Notes under the pieces: generated by a model
Seen by the model: only the letters and a program-made list of their open reading frames with translations
What the model was told of the DNA's origin: nothing
The model's database searches: none
NCBI GenBank assembly: GCA_040357565.1
Contig: JBDODJ010000041.1
Source of the DNA: Cercozoa sp. M6MM
Taxonomy: Eukaryota > Protista > Endomyxa: Ascetosporea
DNA: 64,000 bases
Reading direction: 5' to 3' (one strand)
Shown here: positions 50,730 to 63,222 of the stretch, piece after piece
How positions within the stretch are numbered: position 1 is the stretch's first letter
Layout: each line of letters opens with the position of its first letter
Program-made: the position numbers and the translations under genes

Positions 50730-52290
50730 ATGCTCACGGAGCATGGCGAAGAGTTGCGAGGCCGAATAGCCCACTGGCTGGAAGTGTGTCGAGCCAAAGG
50801 GTTCTATCGTGCTTTGCGATGGAAAACTGAGGTTTTCTTTCGGCGAAAGCGGTCACAAGCTGCAGTTGAGACGTGGAAGGAAACCGTTTTGTTGCAAGAT
50901 TACATTGTATTTTCTAACCTTCGTTTCAACTTGCACCGAAAACGGCATGCTTTCGTCTTCATTCGAAAAGAAACACGTAGAAAAGGTACCGTATAACTCG
51001 TCCATAGTAAACTTGTATGTTACACTCTTTGTTGATAGTCAAATTAGTCGCCACGTTGAAACGCTTTCTTGTGAAAGCGAAAGAAACAAAACGAAAGGAG
51101 CTATTCCGTGCTTGGACGCAACTGTGTAAGAAAACAATCAGCCGGCGACTGTGTAAGCTCCGAAGAGCGGTGGCTGCTTCACTCCGAATCGAAAAGCGGC
51201 AGTGCATCCACTTTCTCCGACTTGAAACCAACCGTTTGCAGTTCGAAACTCTCCAAGCCGAGTTCAAGCTGCTCGACACAGTTGCCTGCACAATGCTGCA
51301 CCTGTGGCGACACAAATGCGAAACCAACAGCGCGCAGGCGCACAAGTTCCGGCTGCGCAGTTCTTTGTGCAAACTCGAAGCTGCGGCAAAGAGAAGCAAA
51401 GCCCGCAGAATCAAGAGCGTTCTTGTACTATGCAACACTCGTGATTGCCTGTGCGGAGGAACTTCGATGCCTACTGCCCTTCAGATGCACTTGATTCTGT
51501 CGCAAAAGGTGTTAAAGGCTTGGCGAAGAGAAACACGTCGCAGTGCTGTATTTCGAAAACGAAACTATGCACTGTTAGTCAACACGTTTGCCATTCTAAG
51601 GTCCGTGACAACTGCACGAAAGCTGTTTCAAAAGCTGAGATGTTGGGCAGGTCACTCGCCACGCGACGGCGAGTTTCGCGTGCAGCACTGTATCTTCGTA
51701 TGGCCTTCAGACGCAGTGCCTTCCTCGAACTCGTACATTGGACGTGTGATAAACTTCGAGCAATCACCAGTGACTACACGGCCATTGTCGAAGCTGCAAG
51801 TGAAGTCAAACAGCAAGCCCAACGAACGGCCAACAGCGAGGCACTGTCGTGCTGGAGGCGGGCTGCCTTGGGCAGTTGGAAGTCCTCTTCAGTCGAACGA
51901 GGAATTCGCACCAGGCGACTGCAGAACCTTCTGAAAGCCTGCATACTCTCTCTCGCGAAAGCAAACCGAAAGCGCCTCGCCTTGCGAGCACTCGAGCGAG
52001 ATATTGTCCGCAAGCAATCAGCCTGTTACTGCAGACACTTCTGGGGACTGTGGGTGGCTGCAGCTCTTTCCAAGCGCAGAAAAGCTCGTCAATTGACTCA
52101 CAAACGCGCAGCCTTGTATCACGTGTTGCAGAGAAGAATCGGTCTCCTCCAAAAAGCTCTAGCTGTTCAAACTGCGAATTCGCCAGTGGCGAAGCAAAAG
52201 TTGCTGGTAACGCGGCATACGCTCAAGTCGGTCGATGCTGTGCTGCGGAATTTGCTTCTTTCGAAGCGTGGACTAAATCTAGTGGGCTAA
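50730..52290 (+). CDS. Basic helical protein with periodic Trp motifs, possibly Sfi1-like (centrin-binding)
   Basis: Recurrent motifs AVETWK, LFRAWT, MLHLWR, VLKAWR, ALSCWR, FWGLWV; three ORFs joined by GT-AG introns. Confidence 0.35.
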
Positions 52291-52469
52291 CTCTTTCGGT
52301 CTTTTTTTCCCCCGAATAGTTACTTCTGGAATCACGCTGCGCGTGGGAACGCGAGGTGGGAAATCAGTTGTCAACTGGGGATGACCATCGCCATCGCAAG
52401 GAACCCCGATCGCGCGCTGACACAAGTGCATGCGCGTGTGAATGCGTTAGACATCAGTTTTGGGCCACA

Positions 52470-54092
52470 ATGAGCGAGCTAGACCATCTGGTTTCAGGTA
52501 AGATGATATTGTATTGTGCGGCTAAAAGCGGTTCTTGATTTTCTCCTCTCCTTTTTGTGATTGTTGTGTTTGGTGTCCGCAGAAGCTAAGGAGCTGACGT
52601 CAAATGACAAAATCTTTGCAGCACACGATATCTTTGATCGTATCGTGGGTAAATATACTGTATGTCTTGTGTGTTTGGATGCATCACAGAGCCTGGTTTA
52701 TGTGACAGAAATCGATGACTCTGTTCTTCGGGATTGCGAAGAGTTCCAGTTAGTGACGGTATCTGATGTCTAAGTAAACAATCGCTTGAACCTATGGTCG
52801 CGGTTGTAATGTGCAACAGAGGAGAGTCCAAGAGTGTCGCGAAATGCTCGCTAACTTTGAAGGCGAAGAATGGACGCGTACGCAGTCTCGACACGGCATC
52901 AGCACCTTCTACAGGGCAGAAGAGGGCAGCAACACATACTCTTTGTGCTCTTTTTCCTCTCAGTTTCATTCTTATCATGTTCGAGTTAATTTACGTCGTG
53001 TGCTGCACAGCAAGGTCGAGGGCATTCTCGACCGGTCGGTGTTCGACCTGGTGGCCGTTCTGTTCGAAGTTGATCTGTTTTCGGAGTGGTTTCCCTTCCT
53101 GCGTCGTGCCACGGTATCATTTTTGCATATGCTTAACGTCCACACTCGTCCTTTTTTATACAGGAACTTGCGAGACCTGCAAGATTCAGAAAATTGATCC
53201 ACATGGTATAATAATATCATTGCTTTGAATGTGGTTTCTGAGACCTCTGAATTCTTCGTGTAGGACATCAAGCTGCCTTGGCCTCTAGCTCCGCGCGATG
53301 CCTTGTTGGTGAGACCACAGCTAAGGCGAAAATATCTTTTAGCATTTAGGTGTAGGATGCGTATGGTGTCGACGATTCCAAATCTGGCCGTGTTTTTTGC
53401 TTCCTTGGGTAACCTTCAATATTTCGTGTTGATACCTCTGTGTACCGGTGTCTGGGTAGTCCGCTTGCGCCCGATGAACTTGAAAAACATGCTCCTGTAA
53501 TTCTCAACAAATAGTTGAGAGTATACATTTCCCAAGTATCGTTGAGATTTCTTTTTTCGGCACAGGAACATATCTCATTGCTAGAGCCGTCGCACGGAAC
53601 TGTGCGTGCCAATGTCAAGTATCTTGTCTCTTTGTCTGTGCGTGAAGCAATAAAAGTGAAACCTGAACTCTTCAGACACGCGGGCGTGGTGTTCCAACTG
53701 CTGCCAGATGGTCGCTGCTTCTTCCGAGAAATCATCAATGTCGACCCGCAACTTGCGGTTGTGGTATAGCGCTGTCTCTGCGTTTTAATCACAAGCAACC
53801 TTCGTTTATGTAGCCCTACGCCTTGCTCAACTTCTTCACGGGCAAGCTGTTGTATTTCATCGTTGCCAACATGAACAACACCGCCGAGAAGTGCAGCGAT
53901 CCCGAGTCAGGTACACACCCACTCGTTCTTTGTAGTCTGCAACCGACTGACACACACGCTACTTGCCTAGAGTACTCACGTCGCATCAAGGCGAATCCAG
54001 AGGTTTATGAATATCTGCGCGAGGTGCTCGCGACCTGCAAACACGACGGCGACGAAGAACCTGAACCGCGCGAGGATTCAAGCTCGCTGTAG
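52470..54092 (+). CDS. START (StAR-related lipid-transfer) domain protein
   Basis: EWTRTQSRHGISTFYR, KVEGIL, VAVLFEVDLFSEWFP, IKLPWPLAPRD and NVDPQLAVV|PYALLNF follow the START motif order. Confidence 0.75.
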
Positions 54093-54319
54093 TTTACGTG
54101 CTGTTGCTGCTGTAAAGTACCAGTACCTGGTACAGCTCCAGTTGGAACGCCGGGAAAACAACTTACAATAAGCAAGCAGAATTCCAAAACACCGCCCGTG
54201 AAACGTTCCAGGTGCCGTGTGCGTGTGCTTACAGTGTCTCAAAGTATTTGGTATGGAATAAATACCAGTAGATGAGCTTGTGACACCGGAATTTTGAGGA
54301 ATTTTGTTTTTTTCAGAAA

Positions 54320-55085
54320 ATGGGAGACAACAACATTCGTCCCGGAGGCAACGTCGTGCTCGTACACTCCCCATACGCTTGGCTTTGTCTCTGTGTACTT
54401 TATTAGTGCCGTGTTTGTAGGAGACGTCGATGGGCGACATTGAGCTGGAGCTGTACTGGAAGCACGCTCCGCGCACGTGCTACAACTTCCGGTAGCTTTT
54501 GTTTTGTGTGTTTGGGCTGTTTGTATTTTTAATGAGTTGACGCAGCGAACTGGCGCGAAAGGGTTACTACGACGGCACCAAATTCCACCGTGTCATTCGC
54601 GACTTCATGGTGCAGGTATAGTGATATTTTATTGTACTGGCGGGTATTATCACTGTATTATTTTTGGAGCACTATAGGGCGGTGATCCCACCGGCACCGG
54701 CCGCGGCGGCGACTCGATCTGGGGCGGTCCTTTCAATGACGAGATCAGTCGTACCTTATGGTCGTGTGTGTGTGTGTGTGTATTTGTGTGTGTATTTGTG
54801 TTTGTGTTTGTGTTTGTGTTTTATCGTTCTCTCTGTGTCTCAGGTGAGTTGCGACACGTCGGTGCCGGCGTGCTCTCCATGGCCAACGCCGGTCGCAACA
54901 CGAACCGCTCGCAGTTCTTCCTGACGCTGGCACCGACCGAGCACCTGGACGGCAAGCACACCATCTTTGGCCGCGTGGCCGACGGCATGGATGTGCTGGA
55001 CGCCATCGGCAGCGCCGAAACAGACGAGAACGACCGGCCGCGCACCGATGTCGTCATCCGCGCGGCTCGCGTCATTCATGAGTGA
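54320..55085 (+). CDS. PPIL1: Spliceosomal cyclophilin PPIL1 (5 exons)
   Basis: NVVL|[46 protein letters not shown]|[40 protein letters not shown]; ELYWKHAP is characteristic of PPIL1. Confidence 0.93.
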
Positions 55086-55312
55086 TCTGCTGTCGCTGTA
55101 CAGTACGTCAGGACAGACAAGAACAATAGCCGTGGGTTGTGATGCATTTTTCCTCCATATCCGTTCTAAAAACGCAACGCTAAACGACATGAAAATAATA
55201 CGATGGTGATTGCGTTGACAGCGATCACACTTGCACTGTACTGAACCGAACGAAGTGCAGTATACAGCACAGTGTCCGTGTGTCCTGCCGTGCACGTGTG
55301 TCTGTGCAGCTC

Positions 55313-58064
55313 ATGTTTGCTCCAAAAGACGACCTGAGCGAGGACTTTGATTTCTCCAATCGGCCGGCTGGTGGAGGGTGAGCTTTGTACGCACTTTTTC
55401 GACTGTATTTTCTTGTTTTTGCTCACTTCCCACGATTTTTAGCGGGCTGGACGCCATCTTCGCGCGTGATTCGGCCCGCGATGCGTTGCAGGATAGCGAG
55501 GTATCCGCCTTTGAGTGCTCACAGTACTATGACGCTCGGTGCGATCTGCAGGATGCGCTGCTGTTCCGCGCGCCAAAACGCGGTGGACAGACTGAAAAGC
55601 CGCCTAAAACGGAAGAAGGTGCACTTACTGACACTTTTCGTGTGTGAGCATATGTTGCTGTTGGTGTAGCTCCAGCAGTTGTAGAGACGGCGTTGCCAGA
55701 GTCACCCCAGATTTTGTACGCCTGTGCGGCGAAATGCGAGTGTGCCACGCGTAAGCCTCTTTCTTCTTCGCGTTGAGTTGTTGGAATCCATTGATTATTC
55801 TGATGGTCAGGCAACGAAACTGTCCAAATGGGACACGTTGCTGTTGCAATTCTCTCTGCCTGCAAGGTAGCATGGACCAGTTTCGTAGACATAAGTTGTG
55901 ATATAATTTGTGTAGAGCGCTCCTCAACCATCGGTGCTGTTGTACCACCCTCGCACGCGACAGCAGGTGCCTCTGTTTCGCCCTTTCGCGCTCCATGTCC
56001 ATGTTAGTTTTTAAATAGTACGCGCACATCGCAGCAAGCAACTTCAAAGCCATGCCCGGCATGGTAACGAGTTTATGTTGAATCTGGGGGAGAGGTTGGA
56101 GAGGAATCTGGGGAGAGGTTGGAGAGCGTGATGTGTCCCGCACGCAGATCAAACTGACTAACGACGCGCGCGAGTTCTGTCTGTCCTTCGACGCGCCTGC
56201 TGAGCAGGAACAGAGTGTGTTCGCTACCCTCGTCATGCACCTGTTGGTAGGTTTGGAACACCAGAGTCCTGTGGAAGGATATGCGGCTTATATTGTACTA
56301 GGCACTGCAAGTCGCACAAACGAGGAAAGCCGTGCAGATCCAATTGACACCGGCCACATCGACTCGTGGTATTAAGCGCTTTATTTTTTTACTGAGTGAT
56401 TGGGTCTACAACACTTTGTGTGTGCATCGCAGTGGTCAAGCAAGGCGACCGTGCGCATGTGCGTGTCATGGGTGGTACCCAGTTCCCTATGTGTGCGTGT
56501 CTGTTGATTGACACACTGTCTGCAGAAGTGAGCGGTGGGGTCACCAAGCTTGAGCACTCCAAGGACGGTACCTTTGTCTTGATGTGGCATTATGAGCGAG
56601 AAAAACACACGTGCTGACACAGCTCCCCGAGTGGAGAAGGTGGCACTCACCGACGATGACGACAGTGAACAACCCTCCTGGCTCCCACACCTGCTGGGGT
56701 ACGTTCCACTTCCTGCCTCTGTTTGTTCTCCAGTTACCCTTAGCCCCCCTCCTACAGATGTTCACGTGCACAACAGGTGGTGGTGGCCTTGCCCACATCA
56801 CAGGGTTGCGCTGCCACGTGGTTGAATGTGCTCAAGGTACCCATGTCTACCGCGCCACTCTTTTTGGTTGTGTACTCGATCGTGTGAGTAGGTTGGCCGT
56901 CCGCGTGCCAACACGAGTGCCACAACGCAGGAGGAGTCTGCACCGAGTATTTCGACCGAACAGTCGGTCGAGCAGCCGCAGCAACCTCGGCAACCGCAAC
57001 CGCAAAAGCCACAACAAAAACAACCAACGCAACAACCGCAACAACAACCAACGCAACAACCGCAAAAACAACCCAAACAACAGGAGCAGCAGCAAGTTGC
57101 ACCAACTCCCAGCACTGTCGACACACCAGTCAACGCGCTTACTGTTCAACGCAGCAACGGGCAGCACCAGGAGATTATGGTATCGCTTTACCTTGACCCT
57201 CCAGTCTTACCCTCTCTTCCCTCTGTGTCTTCACCCCTACACGTTACCTTCAGGACAAACTGAGCGCGCTGTCGGCGCAGGTGGCCAAGTTCAACGTGCT
57301 CGACATCAACGCGCAGTGGATGAAGCAGGTACTGCACGCCTGTCTCTCGGTTAAGATGGGGCTATGTTCTTGTTTAGATGCAAGAAATGAACGCCCAGTG
57401 GATCCATGCTAACAGTGCCAACAGCAGCAAGAACGACAACAACAGCGCCAACGACTCGGTTTCCAGGGAGGAGCACGAGCGAGTATTGCTTTCACACTCC
57501 CGTGTTCTCCTTTGCACATCGTGTTCTATGCCTTGCTTCCAGATGCAACAGCAAGCGCGTGAGAAAATGCAACGTTTGAAAACGCAAGCACGCGAGGCTG
57601 CTCAGCAGGTGTGCTTCCATCTTCGACTTCTTTATTGGCCTCTTTGGATTCATCTTTGCGACCTGGTAGATGTACAACGATGGCAAGGAAGCTGGTCGCA
57701 ACGAGGCAGCCAGGGAACTCGTATGGCTTGCTTTCTCTCTGCTTTCAGTCCGTGTGTGCTGCATGAGAGTGACTCTATTGCATGTGTTTCGCAGGCAATG
57801 ATGCGCGACCAGTTACGTGCGCTGGCGGATGCAGTACGTCCTCCTCTTTGGCCCTGCTGGAAGTCCTTCCCGAAGATGTTTTTGGTTTATGATTTGTGCA
57901 GGTGCGTTCCTCTTGCAGCAGCGCTGATGCGGATGCAATCTTTCGGCAGACTAAGCAGTCCCTGTCTCCGTTCTGAGAATGACAGCCATCTGTCAATGTC
58001 ACGGCCAATTGTCATGCTCAATCACGATCTTGGTCTAGTCTACCGTACTGTACTCGAATCATGA
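55313..58064 (+). CDS. FKBP15/WAFL-like protein (WH1-like domain, degenerate FKBP domain, Q/P-rich linker, coiled coil); 3' end approximate
   Basis: MFAPKDDLSEDFDF..GG|GLDAIFARD..LLFRAPK resembles the FKBP15 N-terminus (MFG..DDxDF..GGARLASLF..FQYTAPK). Also GHVAVAIL..VLLY..REFCLSFD and VVKQGDRAHVRVMG. Confidence 0.6.
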
Positions 58065-58821
58065 GTCTTTGAGCAGCAGCTTGGTGGGAAAACACACGAC
58101 AGCCGGAACAGACGTGGATTGTGATTAAATAATTGAAGCCCATGTGCACTAGCGCTCGTTTGAAAGGGAATGTGCTGTAACTCGACTACGCTAATTAAAA
58201 AATGGTAACCCAAGCCCCAACAATTGAATTCGGCGGATTGTTCAATGCTCAGTTGTCTGTCAGTTTACTCCTCATTGGCGTGGTTGAAACTTGGTTCTTC
58301 TGTTCAGGGCCACGGCATGCGTGCTGTGCTTCAAACTTAGCGTCCATATTACAAGATTGAGCAACATATAAGTTTGACAGAACACGAAAATACGTTCGGA
58401 GTTGAACGTACGCGATTACAAAAAAGAACGCGCACCCACCGTCAAAATGCGCACAGAGAGCTCGTGTGCGTCTGCCTATTCCGTCGCGTATCGCGACAGT
58501 CCCTCCGACGTGGGTGCCTCTTCTGATTTAACAAACCGATAAAAGCCGCACGACTCGCTGACTTCGACACGCACCGACTGGGGTGTTTTGTTTTCGACAG
58601 CGCGATTTAGAATCAGTTAATAATCCAGCACTATCCTTATTAACTGCTAGTAAATGAAGTGGGCCATAGTTCCTAAGACGCCAGAGCGTTCTCTTCTTGT
58701 TGGCCGACCGCCGAGGACAGAAATTTCGCGGTTTGCACAGTCTCGATACTTGTTAAGTACTTGTGCACTTATATAGAGACAGTACTGTATCCAGACTGCT
58801 TAGTGTCGTCCTGTAGACTAA

Positions 58822-60494
58822 ATGTTCGCTTTTGGAGGTGAGGATGACTTGGTTGCTGCAATTCATGTAGTTTTTGTGTTTCAATTTTCACCCTCTGCAT
58901 GGCACAGGCGGAAACCAACGGTTATTCGGAGGTCAACAGATACCCGACGTGCCCAAAACGCCACAAGAGAGGCTGTTTCTCTCGATATTCAATGCCAATA
59001 CTGCCGTAATTTGTCCTTTCATTAATTTTTTGATTGAGAGAGCAGGTAATGGAATGATCTTTGATCTGTACAGGCCGCTGTGCGCGCCGCTGTGACGGCT
59101 TTCCGTGACGCCGGGTGCGAGTAAGCTCTGCCTGTTGCAACCAATTCTCTCCATTCACGTTGTTACTTTGATCAGAGAAACTTTGCGCGACGTGCGCAAC
59201 CACGGTCGCACGCTTCTGCAGGCGCTGCTGATGCGTTCCGCCAATATCCATCCGGTGCGATAAGCCCTTCTCTTCTCCTCTTTACCCATTTGCCTTTTAT
59301 CTCCCCTCAGCGCGATCAGCTGGTGGATGCACTGCTTACGCTCGTTGAGGAGGACAGGTAGCATATCAACCTGTATGTAGACACACTTTGTATCAGACCC
59401 TTTCGTAGCACTAAGGCTCAGATGGTCGACTGGATCGAGAATGACTCTCGCAGTGAGAAGGAGGCAGCCAAGACACAGCCTGCACCTGACCGTACCTTCG
59501 GTCAGGGCATCATGCCTGGTGGCTGTGTGCAACGTCAACCGGTACTGCAGGGAAGCCCGGGGAGGGGTATAAAGTCGAGTATTATGGGGTGCGTGTGTGT
59601 CGACGCAGGACTTTACGCAGATGCTGAACGAAGTGAACGGAATGGGTGGTGTTCTGAGTGACAAGGCGGCAGCCTTACCTCCTGCCATCGTGCTCGCATT
59701 GTAGTCTTTCTTCTATGCTGTGTTCTGCTTTGTCCTCAGCCCTGTTGTTGTTGCACAGAGTGCCAAATGGCGTCAACCCGTCGATGTTTGGAGTGTTGCG
59801 ATCGCTGCTGTCCTACGGCGGTCATGAGGCGCTGCGTCAGCTTTTCGCGGTACCCTTCCCGTAGTTTTACTATGCCCTATTAGGTATCCCGCTGTATTTG
59901 TGTGTAGCACGGAGTGCAGGCACAATCGTTTTTCCCACTGGTAACCTGCGTTGCCGCTGACTGGTACTATATAGGATATCTAGAATTAATTAGTTGGTAT
60001 GGGTATATGCGACAGGGACAAGGAAGACAGTCCGCAACACCAACTCTGCCTGAGGTAGCTGTGTTATAACATCGGGGGGGGGGGGTAACAGGGAGGTAGA
60101 CCAACAACGATGTAGCGTGCTGGAAAAACTGAGTGCCGCCGCCGTTCGTTCCATCAAAGGGAGTATTCCTGGTGTACTATTACTTTTCTGCTTTACCCCC
60201 ACCCCCATCAACCTGCCTATTTTCCTTTCTACCCTATGCAGCAAGCCAAGCATCTAGGCCCCATGCAAGTAAAGAAAAACAAGTTTGGCTAGTCGGCGGG
60301 AACACGTGTGTACGTGTGCGTGTGTGTAGCCAGGTGAGTTCTCCTCGGTGCTGCATGTGCTGCAGGATATCTCTTCACTCGCCGACCCGTATGCGGTAGC
60401 TTTGCCTCGTTTCCTTTTTTTCTTACCAGACATACTCCTCCGTGTCTGCAGCAATACCTCGTGCAGCAACAGCAGCAGCAGCAACAACAACCTC

Positions 60495-60564
<70 letters not shown>

Positions 60565-62151
60565 GCAACTACAACTGCTGCAGCAACAAGAGCAAGAGCA
60601 ACGCGAAGTGCGCGACCGCGTGACGCGCCGCCTGGCGCCGCTGCTGTGGCGTTTCGCGTCTCTGGTGCGTCTTTCTAGACTTTCCTGCGGTTTTACCCCC
60701 CCCACACCCTTATTCCCTTACTGCAGGTGCAGGAAGGCACGCAGCAGCTTCAGATCAATATCCCATGTACATTCCCTTTCCCTTATCCTCCTCTAACCTT
60801 ACACTTCCCTACCTCGGGCGTATGGGTGTGCAGTGCTGCAGTCGCAGATGCACCTGCCGCAGGATTTGAAAAACGGCGACTTTGACTCGCTCGCCGACCT
60901 GATGGATGCTGTGGTTAGTTGGCCTAGCTAATGTAAAGGGTGAAGTCGGGTCAGGCAGGGGGTAAAGGGGGATAAGTTGGAGGTAAAAGCGTGTCGATGC
61001 CAACAGAAGTCGCTAGACTCGAATTCGTTCGGAGGCAAGCATGTCCTGAAGACCCAGATCGAAAGCATCGACGTCGAGTCGGTAACGCTTTCTTTTTGGT
61101 ACCATGGGGCGGTAAGGAGGATATAAAATGCACTTAGATCACGCACAAGCTGCGACTGGTGGTTCTCAAGTCGCTAATCCACGAGGTTGCGCTCACGTAT
61201 GCTCTAGCTTTTGCCCCCCCCAGTCCTGACCCTTGTTACCCTTTATCACGCGTATAATTAGTGAGGACGAGGTGACAATGCACAAAGACGAATGTGACCG
61301 AAATGCACCGATCGAGACTGTCGACTGGGACTCTGTGGATGCCTCGCTGCGTATTTACCCCTACCCACACACACACACACATACACACACGCACACACAC
61401 ATACACCTAAACCACACACATCTTGACAGGCAACTGGTTCGACTTAGACGATGTTGAGGATCTTCTCAATGGTATCTTGGTTGTATTTGTGCGTAACCCC
61501 TGTTACCCCCTATTCCCTTCAGACGAGATAGCCAGTGCACTAGCACTGGTTGCCTTGCAAAAGAACAACATGCAAGTCGTGTTGGCACTCTGCAAGGCGG
61601 GCTACTCTGTGCTGAATGAGGTATCACTCCCCGCCTTTTACCTCCCCTACTTTCCTGATATCCATCCCTTGCACAGGAAGTGCGCATGTGGTACCATGCC
61701 GTGAGAAAGCCCAACGCCAACAATAACCGCTTTGGAAACACCTTTGGACCGTCATGTCGTCTGACAGTGTCGAAGTTCGACCTGCTGACACAGGCCTCTC
61801 TGCGCAGTGTACACAACGATGCCTCAATGCTTGCACGTCACCTCAGTGTCACCGTATGTCTCTGGAAATACCCGAGGGGTGGGTAACTGGGGATGGGCTA
61901 AATTAGAGGGTATGTATACTGTAGTCGGTACTGCATCAAGTGGCGCGCAACGACGTCGCTTTCGTTGAAGCTTTCGTCACTCGCATGCGCATGCACGGGT
62001 AGGGACAATCGGGGGGGGGGGTAAAGGTGTGTAAGACTTTGTGTGAGCAGTATCGAACTCGACTGGAACAACTGTCACAGCGACGTCGACGACTGCTCGG
62101 ACTCGACGCCACTAACACTCGTACCTTTTCCTGGGACATATTCTCACTTGA

Positions 62152-62199
<48 letters not shown>

Positions 62200-63222
62200 C
62201 AGACACTGTTGTCGCTCCAGCCGAGTAGTCATTTCGGTGGGCGTCGTAACTTGTCGATTGACCTGTCGGTACAACCTTCTCCCTGTGCATGACACACGTG
62301 CACAACACGTGCGCAGGACCTGCATGTGCTCACTGATGAGTCGATCCGCGCGGATGACGTCAAATTGTACCAGTTACTTTACCTTTGACCCTCTCCCCGT
62401 ATGCACTACGTTTCGTTTGATGAGTCGCAGGGCGGATTTGTGTCGTCGCGTCAGAGTGGCCAAGGTAGGCTTGCTCTTGTATACTCCTTACCCTTACTTC
62501 CTTTTACTCTGTACCCCACGCAGATACTGCACCGTGAGGGCGCTCGTTTTCGTGCCAGAAACTCTGTTGGCGTGCCGGCTGTCTTCCAGCGCATGCTACA
62601 TGTTGGTTGCACTTTATTCCCCCTCCCTCTTATTCCCTTTTCAATACGTTCCCTCGTGTGCACAGGTATCAACACAGGCTTCGAGCAATGAGAACACGAT
62701 CTGCCTTTTGCGCTCGATCTGGGGTACTGTGCCTCTTACTCCTCCCAGTCCTGTCCCTGTCCTTGGTATTGACATGTCCTGTAACCATACTTTGCGCAGT
62801 GCACCTGACGCCTCTGCTGCGGCAGGAGTACGGCGTCGATCTGCTCGACATGGAGCTCTCGCAGGACGCCTTGGAGATTGATATCAATGCGTATCCCCAA
62901 TTACCATACCTTGCTCTACTCCCCATTCTCTGACTGAACTGACTGACTGTGACTGTTGACTGGTGACTGGTGTAGTGCGCGACGTGTGCTATTCGAGGAC
63001 TACAACCGCATGGCCACGCAACACAATGATCGATTCCGACAGCCGCTGCAGCAGCAGCAGCAACTGCAACAACAGCAGCAACGACTGCAACAGAACGTCT
63101 TCGGCGGTGGGCCTCGGCGAGGCGTTGGTATTCGCTTCGGGCGCCCTCCGCAGAATTTCCCCCGCAACCTGCCGCCGCAGCACCGCTTGCCGCTCATCGA
63201 TGTCGACTCTGAGATCACGTAG
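58822..63222 (+). CDS. Large hypothetical protein with more than 25 micro-exons, ankyrin-like helical segments and polyQ tracts
   Basis: In-phase GT-AG splicing from MFAFGG|GNQRLFGG.. to ..LPLIDVDSEIT*; ALALVALQKNNMQVVLALCKAG is ankyrin-like. Confidence 0.6.
60463..60600 (+). repeat. (CAG/CAA)n tract encoding about 35 Gln
   Basis: Directly visible; in frame with the downstream EQREVRDRVTRRLAP. Confidence 0.85.

Noticed and set aside
56080-56127. 24-bp direct duplication GAATCTGGGG(G)AGAGGTTGGAGAG as a target-site duplication
   Set aside because: The copies are adjacent inside a short intron with no element between them, so this is a simple tandem duplication.
60758-60812. Apparent U12-type AT-AC intron (ATATCCC...CTAACCTTAC...CCTAC)
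   Set aside because: An overlapping canonical GT-AG intron (60767-60833) gives an equally in-frame product (QINIP-LLQSQ), so AT-AC is not required. Only RNA-seq could revive it.
62366-62430. Possible GT-AT intron or TGA readthrough before MHYVSF
   Set aside because: The downstream acceptor tcgcag gives a canonical, in-phase splice (VKL|ADLCRRVRVAK).
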